The notes under the pieces: generated by a model
Seen by the model: only the letters and a program-made list of their open reading frames with translations
Told to the model about the DNA's origin: nothing
Databases searched by the model: none
Source of the DNA: an uncultured Gammaproteobacteria bacterium
Lineage (GTDB): Bacteria > Pseudomonadota > Gammaproteobacteria > JAKDMP01
NCBI GenBank assembly: GCA_964554305.1
Contig: CAZKOE010000001.1
Span: forward strand, 3,572-47,093
Length of the DNA: 43,522 nucleotides
Reading direction: 5' to 3'
Program-made: the position numbers and the translations under genes
In this document: piece after piece, positions 9,333 through 17,721 of the stretch
Layout of the letters: each line of letters begins with the position of its first letter
Numbering within the stretch: the first letter of the stretch is position 1

Positions 9333-10230
9333 AGAAGCGGCGGATTCAATGGCTGCGATTCAGGACGTATCGGACACGGCGTTCATGATTGCCGCCTACC
9401 GTGCGATGGAAAGCGCGCGCCCCGATGCGTTGTTTCACGATCCGCTGGCGGGCCGCCTGGCCGGTGAGCGCGGTCGCCGGATCGTCGCCGGTTTGCCGAA
9501 AACCTCCGAGGTGACCTGCTGGTCGGTGGCTCTGCGCACCGGTATTATTGACGATTTCATCCGGTCTGCCCTCGAACAGGGCGTGGACACGGTGCTGAAC
9601 CTGGGTGCGGGCCTGGATACCCGGCCTTATCGCATGGCGTTGCCGGAATCGTTGCACTGGATCGAGGTGGACTACCCCCACGTCATCGAATGGAAGGAAA
9701 GCCGCCTGGCGGGTGAAGCGCCGACCTGCAGGCTCGAACGGGTCAAGCTCGATTTTGCGGATCGCCCGTCGCGGAAGAAACTGTTCTCGGATATCGGTTC
9801 ACGCGCAAGTCAAGCGCTGGTGCTGACCGAAGGCGTGGTTCCTTATCTGCATAACGAAGAAGCGGCGTCGCTGGCGGACGATCTTTATTCGCAACCGTCG
9901 TTCGGCTATTGGGTCGTGGATTATTTTTCTCCGGAGATGCTCAAGTGGCGAAATCGCTCGGCCATCAACAGGAATTTGAAAAATGCACCCTGGCACTTCC
10001 AGCCGGAAGATTATTTCGCGTTTTTCGAGCAGCGCGGCTGGCATGCCGGCGGGATCCGATATTTTTACGACGAGGCGCGACGCCGCCATCGGCCCGCGCC
10101 TTTTCCACTGATCAAAAAATCCTTGTTCATGGCGAGATATCTGTTCGCCTCGCCCCGACGGCGGAAGAGGTACCGACAGTTGGCCGGCTACGTGCTGTTC
10201 GAGCGTCTGCAGTCATCTGTCGGAGATTGA
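9325..10230 (+). CDS. Class I SAM-dependent methyltransferase (leucine carboxyl methyltransferase-like)
   Basis: AAYRAMES...FHDPLA and VLNLGAGLDTRPYRM are the LCM-family signature. ATG 9325 was chosen (AGGAAG 6 nt upstream, ATGA overlap with the VOC stop); the ORF track starts at 9307. Confidence 0.8.
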   Translation: MSKEAADSMAAIQDVSDTAFMIAAYRAMESARPDALFHDPLAGRLAGERGRRIVAGLPKTSEVTCWSVALRTGIIDDFIRSALEQGVDTVLNLGAGLDTRPYRMALPESLHWIEVDYPHVIEWKESRLAGEAPTCRLERVKLDFADRPSRKKLFSDIGSRASQALVLTEGVVPYLHNEEAASLADDLYSQPSFGYWVVDYFSPEMLKWRNRSAINRNLKNAPWHFQPEDYFAFFEQRGWHAGGIRYFYDEARRRHRPAPFPLIKKSLFMARYLFASPRRRKRYRQLAGYVLFERLQSSVGD

Positions 10231-10274
10231 TACTGCGCAGTGGATCAAATTCGGACCGACGATTACTGCGTGCC

Positions 10275-10631
10275 TCAATGCCGAGTGTATTTACCGGATG
10301 CCGGGTTCATCTCGACGCCGAGCGTGAAGGTGCGCTGTTCACTGGGCTGCATCGCACCGACACCGACCAACCGTCGCGCGATTTCCTCGCCGCGTTCGTT
10401 GCGGATGGTCAGCACCATCGAATATTCCCAGGCGTCGTTGTCGGCGGGATTGCGGAAACTGCCCTCGACGCGCAATGGCATCAGCGCGGCGGGCGCGGTC
10501 GCGGCAACGTCGCTGGTCGGGCTGCTGAAGCGCAACATGTGCTTGCACTCCGGACAGACCGTGGCGCTTTCCAAAATCGTCTCTTGACAGTGCGGGCAGA
10601 CACGCGTCGCGCCCGCGCGCGATACGGTCAT
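10275..10631 (-). CDS. Small zinc-ribbon protein (CPHC-x10-CPEC) with an unassigned C-terminal domain; copy 1
   Basis: 118-aa ORF. Its ATG overlaps the bactofilin stop (ATGA). A paralog at 34616..34966 is about 80% identical by my residue count, with all four Cys retained. Confidence 0.7.
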   Translation of the reverse strand: MTVSRAGATRVCPHCQETILESATVCPECKHMLRFSSPTSDVAATAPAALMPLRVEGSFRNPADNDAWEYSMVLTIRNERGEEIARRLVGVGAMQPSEQRTFTLGVEMNPASGKYTRH

Positions 10632-11170
10632 TTATCCAGGCCGTTACCGTTGGCGCGACTGCTGCTCTTGTGGATATCGGCAACGCTGCCCTTGCCGTCA
10701 TCCCAGCCGAATTCGGTCTGACCGCGCATCTTCGAGCCCTTGGCGACGCTGAAGGTCCTGGATTTCACATCGCCGGTCAGGGCGCCGGTTTGCATCAACT
10801 CGACATGCGCCGCCGTTTCGATGTTGCCGGTCAACTCGCCCGCGATCGTCACGCGTTCCGCGCGCACGCTGCCCTCGACCCTGGCGCCGTCTTCGATGGT
10901 GAGATCGCCGCGCACGTTGACGTCACCCTTGAAGCGGCCGGCAATGTGCACATGCCCGGCGCCCTCGATCTTGCCCTCGATCACGAGGTCGGGCGCGATA
11001 TGCGACTCGGAGTCGGATTTGGCAATAGTGTGGGGAGCTCCGGTGGCGGGAGCGGAAGACTTGGCGGAAACGGGGGGCTCGACGGGATCGGGCGAGCCGA
11101 GGTTTGCCCGGCCGGCGGGATTCGGCAGCGGGGACGAGGAGGATTTCTCGGGTTCTTTCCATAGGGCCAT
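10628..11170 (-). CDS. Bactofilin (DUF583 polymer-forming cytoskeletal protein); copy 1
   Basis: S/P-rich N-tail, then beta-helix windings LVIEGKIEGAGHVHIAGRFKGDVNVRGDLTIEDGARVEGSVRAERVTIAGELTGNIETAAHVELMQTGALTGDV. ATG 11170 (MALWKEPEK) was chosen because copy 2 starts there and GGAG lies 9 nt upstream. The upstream ATG at 11206 is not in frame in copy 2. Confidence 0.85.
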   Translation of the reverse strand: MALWKEPEKSSSSPLPNPAGRANLGSPDPVEPPVSAKSSAPATGAPHTIAKSDSESHIAPDLVIEGKIEGAGHVHIAGRFKGDVNVRGDLTIEDGARVEGSVRAERVTIAGELTGNIETAAHVELMQTGALTGDVKSRTFSVAKGSKMRGQTEFGWDDGKGSVADIHKSSSRANGNGLDK

Positions 11171-11302
11171 GACAGTGCTCCGGTTTGGGTTGCGAGTTGA
11201 GCCCATTTCTGGTGGATGGGCGCGTTGATAAAGGCGGAGTCTCCTGCCGAAATACGTAACACCGCTGTTTTCAGCAGATGGGAGTGACCCCGCTGCGAGT
11301 GA
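11171..11302 (-). promoter_or_regulatory. Conserved ~130-nt upstream leader of the bactofilin operon (copy 1)
   Basis: It aligns by eye with 35506..35635. Shared blocks on the plus strand are GACAGTGCTCCGG, CATTTCTGG, AAGGCGG, CCGAAAT, GCAGATGGGA and CGAG. Confidence 0.45.
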
Positions 11303-11311
11303 TGGATGATA

Positions 11312-12286
11312 CTACTCTTGAGGCTTCGTGGCAATGGCCTTGAGATCGTGCCGATCTTGACCCTGGGCGATGGGCCACGGGGCTTGTTGGCGCGGGTCTT
11401 TCCGAACATTCGTCACCAGCGTCGCCGCGCGCATAAAATCGCCAACATGCTGAACTATATGTCGAAAAATATGCAGCTCGGGGGCAAAGCGGCGTTCGCC
11501 TAAATCTGGCAGGCGCCCGATCGGGATAAGCGCCGAAAGGGCACTCAATCGCTTCATTGACATTTATGTCGCAAAAATATCAACGGGCCGCAAAACGCCT
11601 CGTCAGGGATCACGCAGAGCACCGCGCCTGCGGTCGTTCGACTTCTATTGCGACTGCATATGCTTCGCAAACACGCCGATAACGCTCGGGACAAAATATC
11701 TGTAGGCTGTCCGGATCGAATAGAAGGAGTGATGCGCTCGGCACCCGAAACGATTCCGATGTCACCTTCAGCGATATCACCGATAATGCGTACGTTTCCA
11801 AATACAGGGAACAGGCTTTCTTCATGCCCTGCTCGCTGTAAACCGGGCCATTGCTTTCCCATAAGACACCGTTCGTCGAGCCACCTTGCGCATGCGAGAA
11901 GTTACTCAGGCGCTGATCAAGGTTTCGTGTCCACGCGATCCCATTGTTCTTTTCTGGATCCGGAAACGAACTCCCTCCAGTCAGTGAACGTGCCTGTCCT
12001 TCAAGTTCGATAAATTTGACGTCGGTAGCCAGTTTCGTGAGGACTGACTGAAACTTGATTTCTCTCTCGTCTTGCCATTCTCGCCGCGTGTCATCTGCCT
12101 GCGATAGCGTGCATTGGCATGCGAGAGCCGTTGTCTCCAAGGCATTTCTGAGTGTGCCAATGGCTTGTTTGTAATAGCCGTGTACCAGATTAAATGGCGC
12201 CGCCGATTATCCGTGAGAGCAAAGTCGTCAGGGTCCAGCACCCACCGGTAGGCACGAAAATCATCGGAAGCAAGTCGCTGCCCCAT
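11312..12286 (-). other. Lower-GC block with four abutting or overlapping minus-strand ORF pieces; unassigned, possibly a decayed foreign gene
   Basis: The ORF pieces are 12286-11981, 12140-11610, 11862-11554 and 11563-11312, in different frames. A sampled 60-nt stretch (11941..12000) has 31 G+C. No family signature was recognised. Confidence 0.3.
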
Positions 12287-12470
12287 AAAGCACTCCAGAG
12301 CCGGTACTCGACGAATGATAGGCCCTTCTTTACTTGATGCAGGGACCTACGTCGTGGTACACACACGAGCTTGAGGCGTTGCTTGCGGAGAGACGGCGAC
12401 CCCGCAAGCTTGAGGCGAACTCTGCTACCCGTTCTATCCGTTGGGCACATCGTAGTGCTCTGGCGATGCT

Positions 12471-13340
12471 TCAGGCGATTTCCTCGATGGCGGGTGGTTT
12501 GCCGTACAGGCCGGCACGGTAATCACGGAAGGCTTGCTTGATCTCCGCTTCGGTGTTCATGACGAACGGTCCGTGGGCCGCGATCGGTTCTCCGATCGGA
12601 TCGGCATGGGCGAACAGGACCGTAGCATCTGATGATGCTTCGAGTGTGACCGCGTCGCCATCGTCGGAAAGACGTACCAGGTCACCGCCTTTTGCGGCGT
12701 TGCCGCCGACCAGTACCTCGCCGCGCATGACGTAGAGGAGAACGGTTCTTCCGCGTGGTGCGGGCAATACCGTTCGCTCGTCGGCGGGAAGATCTGCCCA
12801 GGACATGAATACGCCAGTCAGGGAATGGATCGGCCCGATCACGCCTGCGTATTCGCCGGAGACGAGGTGGAGTTTGCCGCCGCCCAAGGGTACGGACGGG
12901 ATTCCATCAGCTTGGACGCCGATGTATTTGGGGGGCATCCCCTTCAATCGGGCGGGCAGGTTGACCCAGAGCTGGATGATCTCCAGCAGGCCGCCGGTAC
13001 GCAGGAAGGCAGGCGTGACCTGTTCGTTGTGGACCACGCCCGCACCCGCCGTCATCCATTGCACGCCGCCCCTGGTGACCGTGCGTCGGTGGCCGCCGGA
13101 GTCCGTGTGGACCAAGTCGCCTTCCAGGATGAAGGTGACGGTTTCGAAGCCGCGATGCGGGTGGTCTTCGAAGGGCATGCCGTGGTTGTTCGGGCCGAAG
13201 ACCTGCGGCCCATGGTGTCCCAGGATCAGGAATGGATCGTTGGTACGATCGGTCGGGTCAGTGAGCGCATTGCGGGTTTCCAGCTCGCCGATGTATTCGC
13301 GCTGGGCGGTGCGGATGGAAAGAACGCTACGGCTGGTCAT
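12471..13340 (-). CDS. Pirin family protein
   Basis: EDHPHRGFETVTFILEGDLVHTDSGGH and WMTAGAGVVHNE are the pirin bicupin metal-site motifs. It lies downstream of wrbA. Confidence 0.9.
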   Translation of the reverse strand: MTSRSVLSIRTAQREYIGELETRNALTDPTDRTNDPFLILGHHGPQVFGPNNHGMPFEDHPHRGFETVTFILEGDLVHTDSGGHRRTVTRGGVQWMTAGAGVVHNEQVTPAFLRTGGLLEIIQLWVNLPARLKGMPPKYIGVQADGIPSVPLGGGKLHLVSGEYAGVIGPIHSLTGVFMSWADLPADERTVLPAPRGRTVLLYVMRGEVLVGGNAAKGGDLVRLSDDGDAVTLEASSDATVLFAHADPIGEPIAAHGPFVMNTEAEIKQAFRDYRAGLYGKPPAIEEIA

Positions 13341-13407
13341 GTGGGGTCTCCTTCATTGAATTCGAATGTCGGGCGACAAAAAGCCGCCAAGCCGGGCGAT
13401 CGCGGCG

Positions 13408-14064
13408 CTAAGCCGCCTTTGCTTCTGCACGATGTTGGGAATCGGTTTTTTCTTCGATGTCCTGTCGAGCCAGCTTGCGGGCGAACTGCGCTACTCGTCG
13501 GCCCTGCTTGCGCGCCATGGATAATTCCATCTCACTGGGTGCGCGTTTGCCGTCGGCCCCGGCGAGCGTCGCGGCACCGTAGGGCGATCCGCCACGTGCT
13601 TCGCTGGTGTCCCACAGCTCGCTGGCTTCGGAATAGGACAAACCCACGATGGCCATGCCCCAGTGGGCCAAGGTGATCCAGGTTGAGAGAATGGTGCTTT
13701 CGTTGCCACCGCCGGTATTGGTGGAGGTGAACACGCTGCCAACCTTGTTGTTGAACTTGCCCTGGACCCACACCGGACCGGTCTGGTCGAGAAAGTTGCG
13801 CATCTGTCCGGCCATGTTGCCGAAGCGAGTGGGCGTGCCGAGGATAATGGCATCGTAGTCGCCGAGTTCGTTGGGATCGGCGACGGGCGCACCCTGCTCC
13901 AGTTTGCCGCCTGCCTTGCGGGCCACGTCCTCCGGCATCAGCTCGGGCACCCGCTTGATGGTGACCTCCGTGCCCGGCACTTCACGCGCCCCGGCGGCTT
14001 CAGCATTCGCCATCTGTTCGATGTGGCCGTACATGCTGTAGTAGAGAATCAGTACCTTGGTCAT
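13408..14064 (-). CDS. wrbA: NAD(P)H:quinone oxidoreductase WrbA
   Basis: [19 protein letters not shown] ... [23 protein letters not shown] ... GGNESTI. ATG 14064 with GGAG upstream; the ORF-track start at 14097 adds 11 non-homologous residues. Confidence 0.9.
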   Translation of the reverse strand: MTKVLILYYSMYGHIEQMANAEAAGAREVPGTEVTIKRVPELMPEDVARKAGGKLEQGAPVADPNELGDYDAIILGTPTRFGNMAGQMRNFLDQTGPVWVQGKFNNKVGSVFTSTNTGGGNESTILSTWITLAHWGMAIVGLSYSEASELWDTSEARGGSPYGAATLAGADGKRAPSEMELSMARKQGRRVAQFARKLARQDIEEKTDSQHRAEAKAA

Positions 14065-14135
14065 GGGAGTCGTCTCCGTTGAAAGTCTAGGTACCATAGT
14101 AGTTGTTGCAAGGATAATAAAAAACAGCTAATCTT

Positions 14136-14149
14136 GAACAATACTGTTC
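14136..14149. promoter_or_regulatory. Palindrome GAACA-N4-TGTTC in the wrbA/LysR divergent region; candidate LysR box
   Basis: It is flanked by a longer inverted pair, TTGTTGCAA (14103..14111) and TTGCAACAA (14156..14164), in a 99-bp AT-rich intergenic region. Confidence 0.35.
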
Positions 14150-14163
14150 TCAAAATTGCAACA

Positions 14164-15063
14164 ATGGATCCATTCTTCGAACTCAAGAATTTCGTGGAAG
14201 TCGTGGAGGCCGGGAGCCTCAGCGGGGCGGCCGATCGGCTGAACGTCACCAAATCGGTGGTGAGCCGGCGCTTGAAAGCGCTGGAGTCGCGGCTCGGCAC
14301 GCCGCTGATGACGCGCACGACGCGCCGCCAGAGCCTGACGGAAGTCGGCGAGGAGTTCTACGAGCGCAGCCTGAACCTGCTCGCCGACCTGGAATCGGCC
14401 GAAGAAGCGGTTACCGCGCAGGAAGAGACCCTGCGCGGACGGTTACGGATAGCCGCTCCCCAGTCGTTCGGGTTCAAGCACGTGGCCCCCGTCGTGCTTG
14501 AATTCATGACCCTGTACCCGGACTTGTTGATTGACCTGGACCTGAGCGATCGTCGCGTGGACCTGGTGCGGGAAGGTTTCGACGTGGCAATCAGGGTGGG
14601 CGTGCTCGCGGATTCGACATTGCGGGCGCGCCGCCTGGGTTCGGTTCATTTGGTGGTCTGTGCCAGCCCCGGCTATCTCGAACGTTGCGGTACGCCGAAA
14701 ACACCGGACGATCTCAGGCACCACCAATGCATACGCTACAGCCAGGTATCGAGCATCCATGTCTGGCACTACCGCGACCGTAAGCAGCGGCCCGGCCAGG
14801 TGCGCGTGCCCATCCGGGCGCTCAGCAGCAGCGGCGATTTCATCCGCGAGGCGGCGATAGCGGGCTTCGGAGTAGTCCTGATGCCCGGCTTTCTCGTTGA
14901 CGAAGCGCTGAGTGCCGGCACCCTCGTCCCGGTGTTGAAAAACTACGAATGGTACGAGGCGGTTTCGAGGCCAAACGTATACGCCGTTTTCCCGCCCGCC
15001 CAGCACCGATCGCGCCGCGTCCGCGTGTTCACGGATTTCCTCGCCGAGCGTTTGAGCGGTTAG
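14164..15063 (+). CDS. LysR-family transcriptional regulator
   Basis: MDPFFELKNFVEVVEAGSLSGAADRLNVTKSVVSRRLKALESRLGTPLMTRTTR is a wHTH. It is divergent from wrbA-pirin. Confidence 0.9.
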   Translation: MDPFFELKNFVEVVEAGSLSGAADRLNVTKSVVSRRLKALESRLGTPLMTRTTRRQSLTEVGEEFYERSLNLLADLESAEEAVTAQEETLRGRLRIAAPQSFGFKHVAPVVLEFMTLYPDLLIDLDLSDRRVDLVREGFDVAIRVGVLADSTLRARRLGSVHLVVCASPGYLERCGTPKTPDDLRHHQCIRYSQVSSIHVWHYRDRKQRPGQVRVPIRALSSSGDFIREAAIAGFGVVLMPGFLVDEALSAGTLVPVLKNYEWYEAVSRPNVYAVFPPAQHRSRRVRVFTDFLAERLSG

Positions 15064-15120
15064 TGCATCATCGTTTCTGTAAAGAAGGTTGTACGCGAAA
15101 ATAGCTGCCGGGACGATACG

Positions 15121-15570
15121 TCAAACCAACCCTAGCTCCACCAGGCTGTCGGCACATGCAATCACGGCTTCACGGCCCGAAACCGGCCTCCAATCCAGCA
15201 TTTCCACGGCTTTGGAGCTATCGACTTTTCTCTCTACGCCGAGATCGGGAAGCACCAACTTGACTGACTTGTCGAAATACGAAAACAGCCTTACCAGGAA
15301 GTCGGGAAGTCGCCGGGTCGAGACTTTTTTGTCGGGGTATTTTGCTTTCAAAATAGCCGCGATCTCCCGAAGCTGCAAATAGCCCGCCGAAGCTGTAAAT
15401 CGCTCGCCGGCTGCTTGCGGGCGCTCCATGGCCAAAACAAGCAGATCCGCGACGGACCGAACATCGACAATATTCAGGCCGAAGTCGGGAGTGCCGGGAA
15501 GACTTCCATCCATCATCTTGATAACTATTGATCCGGCAATTAAACAGTACGGGTTCGTGCGACTGATCCA
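15121..15570 (-). pseudogene. NAD-dependent epimerase/aldehyde-reductase-type SDR, C-terminal ~150 codons only
   Basis: WISRTNPYCLIAGS...FGLNIVDVRSVADLLVLAMERPQAAGERFTAS...LDWRP matches the C-terminal half of extended SDRs. There is no Rossmann N-terminal half, and the residues upstream of 15570 are non-homologous. Confidence 0.6.
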
Positions 15571-15608
15571 ACTCCCCGTTCGGCCCCGGATCAAGTCCGG
15601 GGCAGGCT

Positions 15609-15669
15609 CTGAGCGTAGGCCGCAGGCCGGAGTCGAAGGCGCGCTTCGACTTCTCTGCGCTACGCTCAG
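15609..15669. repeat. Nested inverted repeats CTGAGCGTAG ... CTACGCTCAG enclosing GTCGAAG-GCGCG-CTTCGAC
   Basis: Exact 10-bp outer arms (15609..15618 / 15660..15669) and 7-bp inner arms (15632..15638 / 15644..15650), located at the truncation point of the SDR remnant. Confidence 0.55.
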
Positions 15670-15988
15670 CACGAACGGAAGTTGCTACTTTTTACATGCC
15701 GAAGCAATAACTCTGCGGAAGTTCCAAAGTCCTTCTCCGCCCGAAGAGCCGAACGTTCAGCGAGTGGAGCGTGTTCGCCCGATGGGTGATTACGGAGACA
15801 ATAGCGAATCTCGTGATGCAGTCATCCACTGCGCTTGCACGTCTGGTGGTTACAATGTGTGTAAAACGAGAGTGCATTTCGGCTTGCGGTATTCACGAAT
15901 CAGCCGAGTCGTTAAAGTAGTGTAAGCTTGGCGCAAAACGGTAAAACGCAAGGCACTGTCCTAAATGCTCCTGCGGGAGGATGAGACG

Positions 15989-17524
15989 ATGACCGGGACG
16001 ATGAAAACGAAATTGTCGCCGCAAGCGCATAGCGCGCCGACGGTGCTGATCGTCGGCGCCGGCCCGACCGGGCTGACGCTGGCCTGCGAACTCGCCCGCC
16101 GCGGCGTCTCGTTCCGCCTGATCGAGGCCGCCTCCGGCCCGCGGCCCGGCTCGCGCGGCAAGGGCATCCAGCCGCGCAGCCTCGAGGTCTTCGAGAATCT
16201 CGGGATCGTCGATCGCGTGCTCGCCAACGGCCGGATGGCGATGCCGATCCGTTCGACCGCGCCCGACGGCCGGGTGACGCTGGGTGGCGCCGAACCCGAA
16301 GCGTTGCGGGATCGTCCCGACATCCCATATACGACGAGTCTGATCACGCCCGAATGGCGGGTCGAGGAAGCGCTGCGGCTGCGGCTGGCGGAGCTCGGCG
16401 GCGCGGTCGAGTTTGGCACTGCGCTCGCCGGCTTCGAGCAGTTGGACGAGGGTGTTTCGGCGGCGCTGGCCACGGGCGGTGAGGCCGAGACGGTCACCGC
16501 GCACTGGCTGGTCGGCTGCGACGGCGGCCACAGCGTCGTCCGCGAGCAGGCCGGTATCGCGTTCGAGGGTGAAACCCGCGAGGAAGTGCGGATGATCGTC
16601 GCCGATGTCGAGGCCGACGGCCTCGATCGCGACGCCTGGCACATGTGGCGGCATGAAGAGGGCCTGTTCGCCTTGTGTCCGCTGCCCTCGACCGATGTCT
16701 TCCAGTACCAGGCCCTTATCGCGCCGGGACAGAAGCCCGAGCTTAGCCTCGCGAACATACAGGCGGTCCTCGAGCGGCGGACCGGGCGCACCGACATCCG
16801 CCTCCACGAGCCGGAGTGGTCGTCGCTGTGGCGCGCCAACATCCGCCTCGTCGAGCGCTATCGTGCCGGCCGCGTGTTTCTCGCCGGCGACGCGGCGCAC
16901 ATCCACGCGCCCGCCGGCGGACAGGGGATGAACACCGGCATCCAGGACGCGCACAACCTTGGCTGGAAGCTCGCGGCGGTCGCGAAGGGCGCCTCGCCGG
17001 CGCTGCTTGACAGCTATGAGGCCGAGCGCCGCCCGGTCGCGGCCCACGTGCTCGCGCTATCCAACGAGCGCCTCAAACAGACGCTCCAGCAGAACAGCCC
17101 CACCCGCCGCGACGCGAGTACGATCCAGCTCGACGTGGGCTATCGCGGCTCCGCCCTGGCGTGCGACGACCGCGACGAGACCGCCCCGCTTCGCGCCGGC
17201 GACCGCGCCCCCGATGCGACCAGGCTGGCAACGGTGAACGGCGAACGCCGGTTGTTCGATCTGACCCGCGGTGGGGGCTTCACATTGTTGTGCTTTGGAA
17301 CCGCGCCTGCCGTTGAAGCTCCGTCCTCCGGCCTCGGGACGTTTCATGTCGTCGGCCGATCGACCGGCCCCGGCGACATCGCCGACACCGAAGGTCATCT
17401 TGCCGATGCCTATGGCGCGAGCGAGCGCACCCTCGTGCTCATCCGTCCCGATGGTTACATCGGACTGATTTCCGACGCCGGCGACGCCTTCGCGATCTCG
17501 GACCATCTCGCCGCGTTCAAGTAG
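15989..17524 (+). CDS. FAD-dependent aromatic-ring monooxygenase (PheA/TfdB-like)
   Basis: VLIVGAGPTGLTLACELARRG, CDGGHSVVREQ and FLAGDAAHIHAPAGGQGMNTGIQDAHNLGWKL, plus a C-terminal thioredoxin-like extension. ATG 15989 with GGGAGGA 7 nt upstream. Confidence 0.85.
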   Translation: MTGTMKTKLSPQAHSAPTVLIVGAGPTGLTLACELARRGVSFRLIEAASGPRPGSRGKGIQPRSLEVFENLGIVDRVLANGRMAMPIRSTAPDGRVTLGGAEPEALRDRPDIPYTTSLITPEWRVEEALRLRLAELGGAVEFGTALAGFEQLDEGVSAALATGGEAETVTAHWLVGCDGGHSVVREQAGIAFEGETREEVRMIVADVEADGLDRDAWHMWRHEEGLFALCPLPSTDVFQYQALIAPGQKPELSLANIQAVLERRTGRTDIRLHEPEWSSLWRANIRLVERYRAGRVFLAGDAAHIHAPAGGQGMNTGIQDAHNLGWKLAAVAKGASPALLDSYEAERRPVAAHVLALSNERLKQTLQQNSPTRRDASTIQLDVGYRGSALACDDRDETAPLRAGDRAPDATRLATVNGERRLFDLTRGGGFTLLCFGTAPAVEAPSSGLGTFHVVGRSTGPGDIADTEGHLADAYGASERTLVLIRPDGYIGLISDAGDAFAISDHLAAFK

Positions 17525-17559
17525 TCACGGATTTCCTCGCCGCGCGCTTGCAGGATTAG
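17525..17559 (+). pseudogene. Possible 3' stub of a LysR gene (..TDFLAARLQD stop)
   Basis: TCACGGATTTCCTCGCC is identical to the 3' end of the LysR gene at 14164..15063 (TCACGGATTTCCTCGCCGAGCGTTTGAGCGGTTAG), followed by a similar tail and a stop. It is only 35 nt long. Confidence 0.3.
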
Positions 17560-17676
17560 AGCAAGGACGATCAAGAACCTATCCGCGAATAACGCCAACC
17601 TTGAGTCGAACTTTATTCGTCGGAATATGGGCACGGCGTACCCGGCAGAATGAAAAAAGCACTCGAGTGGATCATG

Positions 17677-17702
17677 GGAGCCACCGGCGAATCGGTGGCT
17701 CC
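17677..17702. terminator. Perfect 10-bp GC-rich hairpin between convergent genes
   Basis: GGAGCCACCG-gcgaat-CGGTGGCTCC lies between the monooxygenase stop (17524) and the NmrA stop (17722). No immediately adjacent T-tract; a T6 run lies about 20 nt away on the minus strand. Confidence 0.4.
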
Positions 17703-17721
17703 GCTTCATGTCTCGGTTCGG

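Noticed and set aside
12368-12417. The 11-bp direct repeat AGCTTGAGGCG, plus a CTTGAGGC match at about 11315, considered as att-like borders of the low-GC block.
   Set aside because: The repeats are too short to exclude chance, and there is no integrase or tRNA nearby. It is mentioned only as a structural detail.
15893-17047. A 384-aa minus-strand ORF, with further antisense ORFs across 15912..16842.
   Set aside because: It is antisense to the FAD monooxygenase, whose frame carries all three canonical flavoprotein motifs. The antisense product is R/A/G-rich without motifs.
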